Below, piece after piece: positions 63,387 to 64,000 of a stretch of DNA of 64,000 nt. The stretch comes from Demequina sp. Its GTDB lineage: Bacteria; Actinomycetota; Actinomycetes; Actinomycetales; Demequinaceae. Positions within the stretch are counted from its first letter, which is position 1; each line of letters begins with the position of its first letter. The stretch is from positions 2,044-66,043 of the forward strand of contig NZ_JAHEBP010000001.1 in NCBI RefSeq assembly GCF_024642165.1, read 5' to 3'. The notes beneath the pieces are model-generated. The model saw only the letters and a list, made by a program, of their open reading frames with translations, made no database searches and was not told where the DNA came from. Position numbers and translations under genes: made by a program.

Positions 63387-64000
63387 ATGTCGCCGTCGAA
63401 GCCGAAGTCGCGCCGGGCGGACACACCCGACGACGCCGTCGAGCCCCGCTCCTCCCTGTGGCTCCTGCTGGTCACGCTGGTGGTGCTGCAGTTCGGATAC
63501 CCGATCTCGTTGCTCGGTCAAGGGTGGACGGCTGCCTACCTCATGGTCTACGCCGGAGCGGTCGCCTACGTGGTACGCACCGCCGTCGAGGATCCGCGCC
63601 GCAGTTGGCCCCTCCTGGTGGCGGCAGGAGGACTCGTCGCGGGCGTCATCTGGTTCGCGACGCAGCCCGACGACATCTCGGCAACCCGGGGGATGCTGGT
63701 CGGCGTCGGCGTGCTGCAGGCCGCGCTTCTCTTCTCGCTGCTGAGGGTGCTCGTCAATCCCCCGGCGCGCCTCGCCATCGTCGACCTGCTTCTGGTCGCC
63801 ATGTCGGCCTACCTGCTGCTGGGCGGCGTCTTCGGGGCGCTCGCAGGCATCATGGAGCTGACATCCCCCGGCAGCTTCATCGACCAGACCGCCGGCGACG
63901 GCTCGCCGGTGTGGCAGACGCTCGTCTACGGCAGCTACGTGACGCTGGCGACGCTCGGCTTCGGCGATGTGGTCCCCGTGAGCCCTTGGGCGCGCTCCAT
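63387..64000 (+). CDS. Potassium-channel family membrane protein (3' truncated; absent from the ORF track)
   Basis: Manual translation MSPSKPKSRR...multi-TM...YGSYVTLATLGFGDVVP pore/filter motif; ATG 6 nt after TAGGTT. Confidence 0.85.
   Translation, partial: MSPSKPKSRRADTPDDAVEPRSSLWLLLVTLVVLQFGYPISLLGQGWTAAYLMVYAGAVAYVVRTAVEDPRRSWPLLVAAGGLVAGVIWFATQPDDISATRGMLVGVGVLQAALLFSLLRVLVNPPARLAIVDLLLVAMSAYLLLGGVFGALAGIMELTSPGSFIDQTAGDGSPVWQTLVYGSYVTLATLGFGDVVPVSPWARS

Overview
High-GC actinobacterial chromosome segment, probably Micrococcales (Demequina/Cellulomonas-like; inferred from gene content and order). It is mostly conserved core genome: treY-treZ, ppk2, zapE/RibD-like, gnd, DUF3000-rnd, dxs, acnA, KimA-like permease with trkA-trkA, dut, suhB, sepH, topoisomerase IV parC/parE, sigA, polyprenyl synthase, Rv2175c-like/LysM-SLT/PASTA kinase, DAHP synthase, pfp, plsC, glk, fadD, Rv2191-like nuclease, trpD, ctaE-qcrCAB, sodA and a partial K+ channel. 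No rRNA, tRNA, CRISPR, transposase or integrase was recognised. Best leads: (1) back-to-back perfect PafBC (RecA-NDp) promoters driving leaderless mRNAs for the DEDD/GIY-YIG nuclease and an uncharacterised 66-aa Cys4 protein; (2) a 19-bp duplication of the sigA 3' end bracketing a small inserted gene, next to a small-protein/LAL-regulator islet; (3) a non-RD (HQD) PASTA kinase; (4) SigH/SigR-type promoters at sodA and sigA; (5) a KimA-like permease lacking a K+-site Asp; (6) pervasive leaderless genes. All calls come from manual motif recognition; no database searches were run.
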